DNA from: an uncultured Saprospiraceae bacterium
GTDB lineage: Bacteria; Bacteroidota; Bacteroidia; Chitinophagales; Saprospiraceae
NCBI GenBank assembly: GCA_937973565.1
Contig: CALJKQ010000064.1
Coordinates: 3,671-67,670 of the forward strand
DNA length: 64,000 nt
Direction of reading: 5' to 3'
Position 1 is the first letter of the stretch. The number at the start of each line of letters is the position of its first letter. The position numbers were made by a program, and so were the translations under genes. Of this stretch, positions 9,639-18,536 are shown piece by piece. The notes under the pieces were generated by a model that searched no databases, had not been told where the DNA came from, and was given only the letters and a program-made list of their open reading frames with translations.

Positions 9639-10133
9639 CTATTCTTTTCTTTCATACACCATAAAACGATGGTCAAAGTGGTTTTTTTCATCCTTTGTGC
9701 CCGGTTCGTCGTATGTGCAGATCCATTCATCCTCATTTATTACAGGAAAAAAAACATCGCCTTCACAATCACAGTCTACCAGGGTGAGGTACAATTTGTC
9801 CCACAATTCAAGCGTCTGCTCGTAAATTTGGCCACCACCAATGATAAATATTTCCTCCTCGTTTAATTCATGTGCGGTGTGTAAAGCCTCTTCCAGAGAT
9901 CTCACAACGATGCATGATGATGCGATAAAGAAGGCATCCCTTGATACCACGATGTTGGTACGGTTGGGTAATGGTCTGCCAATCGATTCAAAACAATTTC
10001 GACCCATAATGACGGCGTGACCTGAGGTTATTTTTTTGAAATATTTTAGATCGGCCGGCAAGTACCAGGGTATCTGGTTGCCATGACCAATGACACGATT
10101 TTGAGTCATGGCCACAATGCAGGATATTTTCAT
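9639..10133 (-). CDS. folA: dihydrofolate reductase
   Basis: I chose the Met at 10133 (MKISCIVAMTQNRVIGHGNQIPW...), directly after the mrdA stop. Motifs IPWYLPADLKYFKKITSGHAVIMGRNCFESIGRPLPNRTNIV and IIGGGQIYE are classic DHFR. Confidence 0.9.
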   Translation of the reverse strand: MKISCIVAMTQNRVIGHGNQIPWYLPADLKYFKKITSGHAVIMGRNCFESIGRPLPNRTNIVVSRDAFFIASSCIVVRSLEEALHTAHELNEEEIFIIGGGQIYEQTLELWDKLYLTLVDCDCEGDVFFPVINEDEWICTYDEPGTKDEKNHFDHRFMVYERKE

Positions 10134-10134
10134 C

Positions 10135-12006
10135 TCAGTCTTCATAGGATTTATCTGCAAGCGTGGTAATCAATACCTTTTCCTGGATCCGTTCTTCCCA
10201 ATGTTTCATTTCAGGAGAAATCTCCCGTTTGATGTATTTTTCGATCATCAAACCTGCAATTGGAGTAGCCGTTTCTCCTCCCCAACCTCCGTTTTCTACA
10301 TAAACAGCGATGGCAATTTTGGGGTTGTTGCGTGGGGCAAAACCAAAAAATACAGAGTGGTCTTTGCCCCTGTTTTGAGACGTACCGGTTTTGCCACAAA
10401 CGGTAATGCCCGGAAGAATGGCTGCACGCGCGGTACCTGCTTCCACAGCCAATTGCATGCCATCGATTACCGGATCAAAATACCGGTAGTCGATTCTCAT
10501 TTTATGTTTGACCCTGAATTTTTCATCGATCGGACTCGATGTGTTCAGGTATTTTTTGATCAGATGTGGTGCGTAATAATAACCGCGATTAGCAATAATA
10601 GCAGCAAGATTGGCCATTTGGATAGTGGTTACCTGCAATTCTCCCTGACCAATACCGAGAGAAAGCATGTAGGTGGCTTTCCATCCATTGATCTCACGGC
10701 GGTAAAGCTTGTCGTAGTATTTTGAATCCGGCACAAAGCCGGCGATTTCTGCCGGATTTTCAACACCTAGCTTGTGACCCAAACCAAATTCCTTTAAATA
10801 AGATACCAGTGTATCCAGACCAATTCCCGGTTTTTTGAAACCGTATTGATTGACAAATAGTCGCATGAGGTGGTAGTAGTAGGAGTTGCAACTGTGTTGG
10901 ATGGCATTGGAAATATTGGATATAGGCGGGTGGGGGTGGCACTTTTGTGCCTTACTGGCTGATATCTCATAGGCACCATCGCAGTAAAATGAAGTATTGG
11001 GTTGAACAATGCCTTTTTGCAAAGCAATGAGCGAAAAGACAGGCTTAAAAATCGAGCCGGGAGGATAGTTGGCGATCAAACTTCTGTCGAGAAAGGGCCG
11101 GTTGATGGTATCAGACAACAAGCTATCGAAGGCCACACTCCTGTTTTTATCGAGTGCAATGCTGTTTGGGTCATAAGAGGGAGCACTGATCATGGCCAGG
11201 ATTTCTCCGGTAGAAGGTTCAATGGCCACGATGGCACCACGTTTGTTTTTCATCAACTCCTCACCATATTGTTGCAGTTCCAAATCGATGCTCGACATCA
11301 TGTCGAAACCCGAAACCGCCATGGAATCCAACCGGCCATTATCAAAAAGACCTACTTGACGACCGAGGTTGTCTTTGAGTACGTAGCTTATCCCTTTCTT
11401 TCCCTTTAATTGTTTTTCCATACCTTTTTCAAGACCGGAAATACCAATGTAATCTCCCAAACTGTACTCGCCTTCCGAACGATTGATAATATCCCAGTTT
11501 ACTTCTCCCAAATAACCCAATACATGGGCAGCATTGTGGTGAGGATAAGAGCGTATGCTTTTTAAGACCGGAAAAAAGCCGGGAAATTTGTGGAGGTGTT
11601 CGTGAAAACGGGCAAAGTCTTCAGGTCGTATTTTTGATAAGAAAGTAAAAGGAACGGATTTATGGTATAGTGGATTTTTCCAATCCTTGTTGAGATTTTT
11701 TATGAAAGTTTGTTTATCAATGCCCAGCAGCTTGCAAAACGCAGCGGTATCCATCTTAGGATCAATGTTTCTGTAAATGACATTGAGATCGTACAAAGGA
11801 GCATTGGTCACCAGAAGTTTTTCATTGCGGTCGACAATCATGCCCCTTGATGGGTACAATACGTTTTTGTATAAGGCTGCTTTTTTGGCTTTCTCCTTGT
11901 ATTTGATGTCAAGCAGTTGAAGGTGCGCTGCCTTGAATAGGAGCAAGGAGCAACACAACACGACGAAAACAATGATGCTGTTTTTTCTGTCTGCCAGATT
12001 GATCAT
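10135..12006 (-). CDS. mrdA: penicillin-binding protein 2 (elongasome transpeptidase)
   Basis: 623 aa with an N-terminal TM. SxxK (GSIFKP), SxN (HSCNSYY) and KTG (CGKTGTSQ) are present. Sits immediately downstream of mreC-mreD. Confidence 0.9.
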   Translation of the reverse strand: MINLADRKNSIIVFVVLCCSLLLFKAAHLQLLDIKYKEKAKKAALYKNVLYPSRGMIVDRNEKLLVTNAPLYDLNVIYRNIDPKMDTAAFCKLLGIDKQTFIKNLNKDWKNPLYHKSVPFTFLSKIRPEDFARFHEHLHKFPGFFPVLKSIRSYPHHNAAHVLGYLGEVNWDIINRSEGEYSLGDYIGISGLEKGMEKQLKGKKGISYVLKDNLGRQVGLFDNGRLDSMAVSGFDMMSSIDLELQQYGEELMKNKRGAIVAIEPSTGEILAMISAPSYDPNSIALDKNRSVAFDSLLSDTINRPFLDRSLIANYPPGSIFKPVFSLIALQKGIVQPNTSFYCDGAYEISASKAQKCHPHPPISNISNAIQHSCNSYYYHLMRLFVNQYGFKKPGIGLDTLVSYLKEFGLGHKLGVENPAEIAGFVPDSKYYDKLYRREINGWKATYMLSLGIGQGELQVTTIQMANLAAIIANRGYYYAPHLIKKYLNTSSPIDEKFRVKHKMRIDYRYFDPVIDGMQLAVEAGTARAAILPGITVCGKTGTSQNRGKDHSVFFGFAPRNNPKIAIAVYVENGGWGGETATPIAGLMIEKYIKREISPEMKHWEERIQEKVLITTLADKSYED

Positions 12007-12530
12007 CAGAATTTAGGTCTAAATATGAGCTGAAACAACACTATCACTGCCATCGAAGTAATAAAACTAAAAATGGTATTCATAAAGATGTGAAAGAAAT
12101 AAACAAACGAAAATGCCTCCACACTGAAATAGAAAAAGCAATGAACCAGCAAAAGCAGGCTGGTGAAACTCATAAACCAAGCCATGCCCATTTTTTGAAC
12201 GGTGGGATAGTCATCTGCATTATATCCCTCGAAGGGTTCCAAAAACCGAAGCACGATGCTTTTGATATAGGCGGTAAAAACCAGTGCCGAAGCATGTACA
12301 CCCGGAGAATTGTAGAAACCATCAATCAGGAGTCCATAAGCAAAGGCAATGATTAAGGTTAAAGCCCGTGGCGTTTTCATAGGCAACATCAACACCGGCA
12401 AAGGGTACAACAAAAGATGTATGTAATCAAACGAGCCAATAGACAAATCAACCCTGCGGCAGATCACTACTTGAAAAAGGAAGTAAAACAAAAACCTCCA
12501 GATATTGGCATATATAACGTTGCTATTCAT
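12006..12530 (-). CDS. mreD: rod shape-determining protein MreD
   Basis: 174-aa polytopic membrane protein between mreC and mrdA, overlapping both neighbours. Confidence 0.75.
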   Translation of the reverse strand: MNSNVIYANIWRFLFYFLFQVVICRRVDLSIGSFDYIHLLLYPLPVLMLPMKTPRALTLIIAFAYGLLIDGFYNSPGVHASALVFTAYIKSIVLRFLEPFEGYNADDYPTVQKMGMAWFMSFTSLLLLVHCFFYFSVEAFSFVYFFHIFMNTIFSFITSMAVIVLFQLIFRPKF

Positions 12531-13353
12531 TCTGGTAGACTTCTGCTTCTAATTTTTTTTGTTCTCCAGACAGACGATTGGATATCACATACAAGGCATC
12601 CCATGCAGTAGGATCATTAAACAATTCCACTTCTATGGTATAACTGTTGCTGCCCGGCTCTAACACTACTGTTTTTACTTTTCCCACCTGAATGCCTTTT
12701 GGAAAAATGGTTGAATAACCACTGGTGATAACGGTATCACCAACCAAAACGGTTTTGTGTTTGGGTATTGATTCAAGGTTTAGAATTTTGGGATTACCCA
12801 TTTTCCAGGTCAAAACTCCATTGCTGTTGTTGCGTTTGATCAAACAGCTGATATTGCTTTGGCTATGGAGAATGCTCATCACGATGCTGAAGTTGTTGCT
12901 TACTTTTTTGATGATGCCTACCAGGCCATTCTGACTGATAACACCCATATCCGGCTTAAGCCCTTGTTTTTCTCCTGAACAAAGGGTAATGAAGTTGTCT
13001 CTCAATCTGAAATTGCTATTGCAAATATCTACAGCGATGAGTTGATATTTGGATGAATCGAGATCGATCGTATCATTATCGTGCAAGCTTGAGTTGAGGT
13101 CGTAGTCGATAAATTTTTTAATTAGTCTTGCATTTTGTTTGTGCAGGCTATCGTTTTCCACATCCAGTCTCAAATAGGCATTGAGTTTGTCGACGCGCGC
13201 GTCGATGGAAGTAGAAAAAAGATTGGCCGAGTGTAGGAAAATTCCTTTTTGCTCTTGGTTGTAGTTGATGATAATGTAAAAGCAAAGGAATTCCATTGCC
13301 AGAAACAGCAAGTGGTAGCCAAATCTCAGCAGTAATTCTATCGCATTTTTCAT
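12523..13353 (-). CDS. mreC: rod shape-determining protein MreC
   Basis: N-terminal TM, coiled-coil segment, then the beta-barrel region (GVISQNGLVGIIKKV..., VITSGYSTIFPKGIQVGKV). Confidence 0.85.
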   Translation of the reverse strand: MKNAIELLLRFGYHLLFLAMEFLCFYIIINYNQEQKGIFLHSANLFSTSIDARVDKLNAYLRLDVENDSLHKQNARLIKKFIDYDLNSSLHDNDTIDLDSSKYQLIAVDICNSNFRLRDNFITLCSGEKQGLKPDMGVISQNGLVGIIKKVSNNFSIVMSILHSQSNISCLIKRNNSNGVLTWKMGNPKILNLESIPKHKTVLVGDTVITSGYSTIFPKGIQVGKVKTVVLEPGSNSYTIEVELFNDPTAWDALYVISNRLSGEQKKLEAEVYQNE

Positions 13354-13508
13354 CTGAACCCCAAAGATAATTCATTTTTAACATAACAAAAACAATATAT
13401 CTTGTTGATTATTAATAAGATACAAGAACACGCCCCTGTTTTGCCAAACAAAATTCGGCAAACTATTTCTTGAATAATTGTTTATTGTATTGACTACAAA
13501 CGAAACCC

Positions 13509-13925
13509 ATGCGACTTTCAGTTTACCGCAGATCCCATTTTAATGCCGCCCACCGGATTTTTAATCCTGCATGGGATGATGAAAAAAACGAAAAAGTATT
13601 TGGCTCATGCGCCAATCCTTATTTCCATGGTCATAATTACGAACTGGAGGTCTGTGTCACGGGGGAAACGGATCCAGATACCGGGTATGTTTACGATTTG
13701 GGGCATTTGCAACACATCATCGAAGAAGAAGTGGAAGCGCGGCTCGATCACAAAAATCTCAACCTGCAGGTTGAAGAATTTAAAGAATTGATTCCTACAG
13801 CCGAACACATTTGTTATGTCATTTATACCTGGCTGAGAAAGAGGATAGCATCTTCTTATGATATCAGGGTAAGGTTGTGGGAGACTCCCAGGAACAGCGT
13901 AAGTTATCCGCCTGAAGCCTTCTGA
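13509..13925 (+). CDS. queD: 6-carboxy-5,6,7,8-tetrahydropterin synthase (PTPS family)
   Basis: 138 aa. HFNAAHR, HGHNYELEV and the TAEHIC context are PTPS/QueD signatures. Confidence 0.85.
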   Translation: MRLSVYRRSHFNAAHRIFNPAWDDEKNEKVFGSCANPYFHGHNYELEVCVTGETDPDTGYVYDLGHLQHIIEEEVEARLDHKNLNLQVEEFKELIPTAEHICYVIYTWLRKRIASSYDIRVRLWETPRNSVSYPPEAF

Positions 13926-14770
13926 TTGCGGGCTTTTTCAATTTCATTGATGAGTTGCTGAACGCCGCGCTGGCGCTTGTTGAGTTTATTGTTTTTAGAA
14001 GCTTTTACTGCATTGGACAAGCCACCCAGGTAATACCGCGTTATCCAGGGTCCTACGCTCAATGTAGCGTCTGCAAGACCAATATCCGGAATGAGATCGA
14101 TGTACAACAGGCCAAATAAAACATAAAGGGCCATGGAGTTGAGACCATCTTTTACTTCACCGTTGGCAATCTGGCCGGTACCAGGTAAGATCGCACTCAT
14201 CCATCTGGCGGTAGATGGATTTTTTTTGCTGTTTTTTTCCAGGTCTTTGATAATCCTGGATACAGCCACTGAATCCAGGTTTTGGCTGTAACTCAACTTA
14301 TTTACATACGATAAGCCTTTGTCGTATTGATCTGTGAAAAAATAATTGATGGCTGTCATAAAATAAAACCGATCCAGGTTGGGTTCCAGTCTTTTGGTCA
14401 CCTGGAGGATTTCGACCAGTGCTCTCTGGTATTCTTCTTTTGCCAGAAAGATTTTTTGTTTTTCAAACCTTACCTCATTTCTGCGGGCATCGAAATTTGG
14501 CAATTTGAAAAAATACAAATCGAGGTATTTCAGTGCATTTTCATCGTCGCCTTTCAAAAGAAAGCAGCGTGCAATTTTGCCGCATACTTCGGGATTGGCG
14601 TTGTTTTGATCAAGGTAATAAGCCCTGAGATACTCTTTTAAAGCAGCATCTGTCTGCTCTTGTAAAAACAAATGATCGGCGTATTGCAACTCAGGAGACT
14701 GAGCCGACAAAGTCCCCAGCCAGAAACTAAAAGCCGTAATATAAATCAATATGGCGCTTGCTCTGCTCAT
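13904..14770 (-). CDS. secreted TPR-like protein with C-terminal P-G-x-G-[QR]-I membrane module (paralog B)
   Basis: Signal peptide ...LGTLSAQ. The C-terminus SAILPGTGQIANGEVKDGL plus hydrophobic segments plus AVKASKNNK parallels the upstream paralog. Confidence 0.7.
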   Translation of the reverse strand: MSRASAILIYITAFSFWLGTLSAQSPELQYADHLFLQEQTDAALKEYLRAYYLDQNNANPEVCGKIARCFLLKGDDENALKYLDLYFFKLPNFDARRNEVRFEKQKIFLAKEEYQRALVEILQVTKRLEPNLDRFYFMTAINYFFTDQYDKGLSYVNKLSYSQNLDSVAVSRIIKDLEKNSKKNPSTARWMSAILPGTGQIANGEVKDGLNSMALYVLFGLLYIDLIPDIGLADATLSVGPWITRYYLGGLSNAVKASKNNKLNKRQRGVQQLINEIEKARNQKASGG

Positions 14771-15545
14771 ACAATTTTGACTTTTGTTTTTTGTTATAAT
14801 TTTTGGCTGACTTTATGGAGCCGTAAATATTGCCGATGTAAAAACCGGCAGCAAAGCCACCGTAGATCCAACCACCGGCTGATTTTATGCCGCCCTGTGA
14901 AAACCGGCGATAAGACTGGTAGCTGGTGGCTGCAATGAAAATAAATGAAATAATACCATCTTTGACGTCCTTGGCATATATCCGTCCTGCACCCGGAATC
15001 AGGGCAGAGAGGGTTCCCGCCAGAAAGGGACTTTTGCGTTTTTGGTTCAAACCTGCGTGGATGATTTCGTAATAACCGTCATCTTTTACGTTCCATATCC
15101 TATACAAGCTGTCTGATTTTTTCCAATCCTGTCTGAGCACGGATATGTCCAATGTCATTTTTTGAGCTGCAGACGATGGTAAGACATCTTTGTGGCTGTC
15201 AAATACCAATTGAGCTACTCCGGCCTGATCATTGAGTGCCATAGAGAGTACATATTCTTTGAGGATATCGGGATTTTTCAAATCCAGTGACGCCCCCTTT
15301 TTTTCTACTTCATCGTACTTGTTGAGTTTGCGGTAGGATTTCAACAACTGTGTGAGATATCCCGGTTCATTGGGAAAGAGATAGTGCAGGCGCTCATATT
15401 CTTCTGCAGCAAAATCGTACAATTTCTGATCGTACAGAAATCGTGCAAAGCCGGCCAGTTGAGTACTGTCGGCAACAGGGTTTTGTCCTATGGCAGCGAT
15501 CGAGAGTAAAAAAAAGACAAGGCCGGCTATGATTCTCCTTTGCAT
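14727..15545 (-). CDS. secreted TPR-like protein with C-terminal P-G-x-G-[QR]-I membrane module (paralog A)
   Basis: Signal peptide ...SIAAIGQ. SALIPGAGRIYAKDVKDGI plus hydrophobic segments plus SIKSAKNYN. Its 3' end overlaps the start of paralog B by 44 bp. Confidence 0.7.
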   Translation of the reverse strand: MQRRIIAGLVFFLLSIAAIGQNPVADSTQLAGFARFLYDQKLYDFAAEEYERLHYLFPNEPGYLTQLLKSYRKLNKYDEVEKKGASLDLKNPDILKEYVLSMALNDQAGVAQLVFDSHKDVLPSSAAQKMTLDISVLRQDWKKSDSLYRIWNVKDDGYYEIIHAGLNQKRKSPFLAGTLSALIPGAGRIYAKDVKDGIISFIFIAATSYQSYRRFSQGGIKSAGGWIYGGFAAGFYIGNIYGSIKSAKNYNKKQKSKLYEQSKRHIDLYYGF

Positions 15546-15548
15546 AAA

Positions 15549-15953
15549 TTACCATTTAACAGGGTCAACCAAGGCCCTTTTTTTTGCATCAATAGTATAT
15601 TTTTCAGGACTTAAACCGTTGCACCGTGTCAATCGGTCCAAGGTCATAATGCCACCTTTGATGAGACCTTCCTGCTTAACGGCCATGATGCCATATAATG
15701 AGCACGAAGGGTGGAAGGCACAACGATTGGCATCTTGCGATGAAAGGATTTCCTTGTACAAAAAAAACAAGGCGGAAAACACCATCTGGACTTCATTTTG
15801 ATTGCCTTCAATGTGTTCTTTAAAGGTGGTGTAAGCACTGGGTTTGTGCTTTTCAGCAGCCAGAACACGTGCAAAGCTGAGGTCTTCCGGGTTTTGACCC
15901 ATCAGCAAACCGGAAGCGGTCAATGACAAGAAAAGGATTAAAAATGATTTCAT
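15549..15953 (-). CDS. YidD-like (haemolytic-domain) protein with signal peptide and N-terminal extension
   Basis: CAFHPSCSLYGIMAVKQEGLIKGGIMTLDRLTRCNG matches the YidD/PF01809 Cys pattern. At 134 aa with a cleavable-looking signal (MKSFLILFLSLTASGLLMGQ) it is longer than canonical YidD. Confidence 0.7.
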   Translation of the reverse strand: MKSFLILFLSLTASGLLMGQNPEDLSFARVLAAEKHKPSAYTTFKEHIEGNQNEVQMVFSALFFLYKEILSSQDANRCAFHPSCSLYGIMAVKQEGLIKGGIMTLDRLTRCNGLSPEKYTIDAKKRALVDPVKW

Positions 15954-16597
15954 TCTACTACCACGTTATCAAAAGTAATTGACTTGTATAGTTGCTGTTC
16001 ATTGCCGGAATACTGCGAAACTATTTTCATTGGCACAGGCAGGTCTTTGATGATCTGGTAATTTTCATAAAACGTCTTATTGATTTCTTTTTCCTCTACG
16101 TCATAAAAAACAATGCCCATCAGCAGATTGTCTTTGACATGCGTAATTACTTTTTTGAGAAAGGACTTAAAAGCCGATGGTGGTTCCCACTCCATTATCA
16201 ATTCTTCGTCACTTTCCTGCACGGAGGTGATTACAAAACCCGCGGAAGAAAGGCCAAAATCATTGTCTTTGTATTCCAGTATGTTTTTAAACATAATAAA
16301 ATCATTGACCTGACCCAATACTTTGGTTGTTACCAATGAGTCGCCTACATATTTATGCAGGGTAGAATCCTGGATAACCCATCTTTCTTTCTGAGGAAAA
16401 GAAAGAAAATACTCTGCTTTGTTCTGGTGGTTGTCATAACTCACTTTTCCCATCATGAGGGTAGACTTTTCAGTTCCGGTTCTTTTTTCTTTAATGGAAA
16501 AACCCGCCTGAAACAAATGATACTTTTGAGCGTTGAGGGCGTTGGACAGACAGCAAGCAAGGATGAAAATAAATATTAATCTTGTCACCAGGTTCAT
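15950..16597 (-). CDS. hypothetical secreted protein (possibly LolA-like fold), first gene of the YidD-like operon
   Basis: I start at the Met at 16597 (MNLVTRLIFIFILACCLSNALNAQ, a signal peptide). Its stop overlaps the next gene's start (ATGA at 15950-15953). Confidence 0.6.
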   Translation of the reverse strand: MNLVTRLIFIFILACCLSNALNAQKYHLFQAGFSIKEKRTGTEKSTLMMGKVSYDNHQNKAEYFLSFPQKERWVIQDSTLHKYVGDSLVTTKVLGQVNDFIMFKNILEYKDNDFGLSSAGFVITSVQESDEELIMEWEPPSAFKSFLKKVITHVKDNLLMGIVFYDVEEKEINKTFYENYQIIKDLPVPMKIVSQYSGNEQQLYKSITFDNVVVE

Positions 16598-16758
16598 TTT
16601 ATATAACTGCAAAAGAACAAAATGTTGAGCATATAAAACCAAATTATGTATTTGAGCAGGACATTTAAGCTACGCATCATTGAATGCACAGCACTGTTTA
16701 CAACGCGATGCCGGCTTAAAATCAATCATGATTTATTTTGTCATATGCCTATAAAAGC

Positions 16759-16783
16759 AAAGTGCAGCCTATAGCTGCACTTT
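16759..16783 (-). terminator. intrinsic terminator-like hairpin downstream of 16809..17267
   Basis: Perfect 10-bp stem aaagtgcagc / gctgcacttt with a 5-nt loop. On the minus strand it is followed by gcttttat. Confidence 0.55.
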
Positions 16784-16808
16784 ACTTTAAATCTTATGTA
16801 ATTATTGA

Positions 16809-17267
16809 TTAGTACAAAGAAGCCAATGATGCTCCAACGATACCAACATAAATAACAAAGAACAATGCATAAGCGATAACACAACCCCAAAGAGCGTTCA
16901 TCACTTGCTTCTTCCTTGAAGAACCTTCATCCATGGTAAGGTATACGATCAACATACCCACCCAGCCAAGGCAGAATCCCCACCAGAAACCCGGAATACC
17001 AAGTGGTGTTCCGCTGGCGTTCTCAAACATGCCATCTTCGCTTGCAGAAGCTGAAAGTTGAGTCTTTTCAACAAGGTTTGGATACTTGGCAACCAGTTGG
17101 TCGTAAGTAAGTCCTTCTTCCTTAATGATCTTCTCGATTTGGTTCAGATCAGAAAGTTGTTGTTCAATTACTTCTTTTTTTGCCGTTAATTTACCGGGAT
17201 TAGTTGTAGTTGCAGACAAGCTGAGACAAGCACCCAATACGAAGGCCAAAAGGAAAAATCTTTTCAT
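16809..17267 (-). CDS. hypothetical membrane-anchored secreted protein
   Basis: Signal peptide, helical soluble part, then two C-terminal TM segments (GFWWGFCLGWVGMLIVYL, ALWGCVIAYALFFVIYVGIVGA). Confidence 0.65.
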   Translation of the reverse strand: MKRFFLLAFVLGACLSLSATTTNPGKLTAKKEVIEQQLSDLNQIEKIIKEEGLTYDQLVAKYPNLVEKTQLSASASEDGMFENASGTPLGIPGFWWGFCLGWVGMLIVYLTMDEGSSRKKQVMNALWGCVIAYALFFVIYVGIVGASLASLY

Positions 17268-17482
17268 AATGAATTATTAAGGTTAGATAAATAAGGTTTA
17301 AATGTTGCGTAAATATAGAAAATATTTAATTGCCTGTCAAAATGTAATTCCCTGTTTTTCACAAAATTTAACCATTTTTTATAAAATTGTTAAAATATTG
17401 TGACAAAATACAGCCAAACACGAAATATTATTTGGAAAAACAGACGATTTAAACCATTAATCAACCATAAATTTTGTATGGG

Positions 17483-17986
17483 TTATTTGCTTTTTCCGCC
17501 TAAAATGTATCGAACAGACAAGGCACCATAACCGGAACGGAACCTGTTCAAATTTACACCCGGATAGTCATAGGAATCAACCAATACTATGGTTGGTGCC
17601 CAATCTACACTGGCGTTTATCGGATAATCTTCAAAAGTGTAATCCAGACCAATGACACCGGAAACACCCAGTTCGTAGTATGAATTGTAGCCGGCATATC
17701 CATAGTCCCAGGTCGTAACGGAAGCACCTCCTCCAAAATACCAGTTTAATTTGTTGACACTTTTAACAGGGCTGTGGATTTCGTAGTAGGCACCGGCTGC
17801 CAATCCACCCCAACGAATACCTCCAAAAATGTCGATCGCTGCCTTCTTATTCAAAAAAGTCTTGTACGAGCCAATCAGACCATAACCCAATTTGGCGCCA
17901 ATTGCCGATTTGTAATCCTGTGCATTTGCAGAACTTAAAAAAGCCACTACAAATAGTGTTGCAAAAATAGTTTTAAGTGTTTTCAT
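17483..17986 (-). CDS. small outer-membrane beta-barrel protein
   Basis: Signal peptide ...SSANAQ. Alternating Gly/aromatic beta-strand pattern (GAKLGYGLIGSY, GGLAAGAYYEI, YFGGGASVTTWDYGYAGY). Confidence 0.6.
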   Translation of the reverse strand: MKTLKTIFATLFVVAFLSSANAQDYKSAIGAKLGYGLIGSYKTFLNKKAAIDIFGGIRWGGLAAGAYYEIHSPVKSVNKLNWYFGGGASVTTWDYGYAGYNSYYELGVSGVIGLDYTFEDYPINASVDWAPTIVLVDSYDYPGVNLNRFRSGYGALSVRYILGGKSK

Positions 17987-18108
17987 TTAAACAATCTTTA
18001 GTAATTAGGTAATATTTATATTTTCAAAGATAAAAACAAAAATCGTGTCTAGGGATAAGTGTTGATAAAATGTGCTGTGACGTAGTTTTTTTCGATTAAA
18101 ATGTAGAA

Positions 18109-18534
18109 TTATGCGGTTGGAAGCAACCAATCCATTGCCATCCGATATCCATGCAGTCCTTGTCCCATGATGGTATGGGCACAAATCGGACTTAAATAAG
18201 AGATGCGACGAAAGTGTTCCCTTTCCATTATATTACTAATGTGTACTTCTACTACCTTGCATGGAACTGCAGCTACAGCATCGGCAAGAGCAATGGATGT
18301 ATGGGTATAACCCCCTGCATTGAGTATGATGCCATCTGCGCGGTATCCAAAATCCTGTATCCAGTCTATAAGCTGGCCTTCGTGGTTGCTTTGCAGATAG
18401 ACCAGTTCATGCTGTGCATATTCTTCCCTTAATCGGGGAATAAAGGAGTCAAAACTCTCCGTACCATAAATGTCAGGTTGCCTTTTGCCTACCATGTTGA
18501 GATTAGGGCCATTGATGATAATGATGAATGCCAT
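18109..18534 (-). CDS. aroQ: type II 3-dehydroquinate dehydratase
   Basis: IIINGPNLNMVGKRQPDIYG, QSNHEGQLIDWIQ, NAGGYTHTSIAL and EVHISN are type II DHQase signatures. Confidence 0.92.
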   Translation of the reverse strand: MAFIIIINGPNLNMVGKRQPDIYGTESFDSFIPRLREEYAQHELVYLQSNHEGQLIDWIQDFGYRADGIILNAGGYTHTSIALADAVAAVPCKVVEVHISNIMEREHFRRISYLSPICAHTIMGQGLHGYRMAMDWLLPTA

Positions 18535-18536
18535 AA

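Noticed and set aside
10108-11409. 205-aa and 135-aa plus-strand ORFs
   Set aside because: They are antisense to mrdA (SxxK/SxN/KTG all present on the minus strand) and have no motifs of their own.
13385-13508. preQ1 riboswitch upstream of queD
   Set aside because: Only a weak 5-bp hairpin (ttgcc...ggcaa) is present. There is no preQ1-I/II-like consensus that I can recognise.
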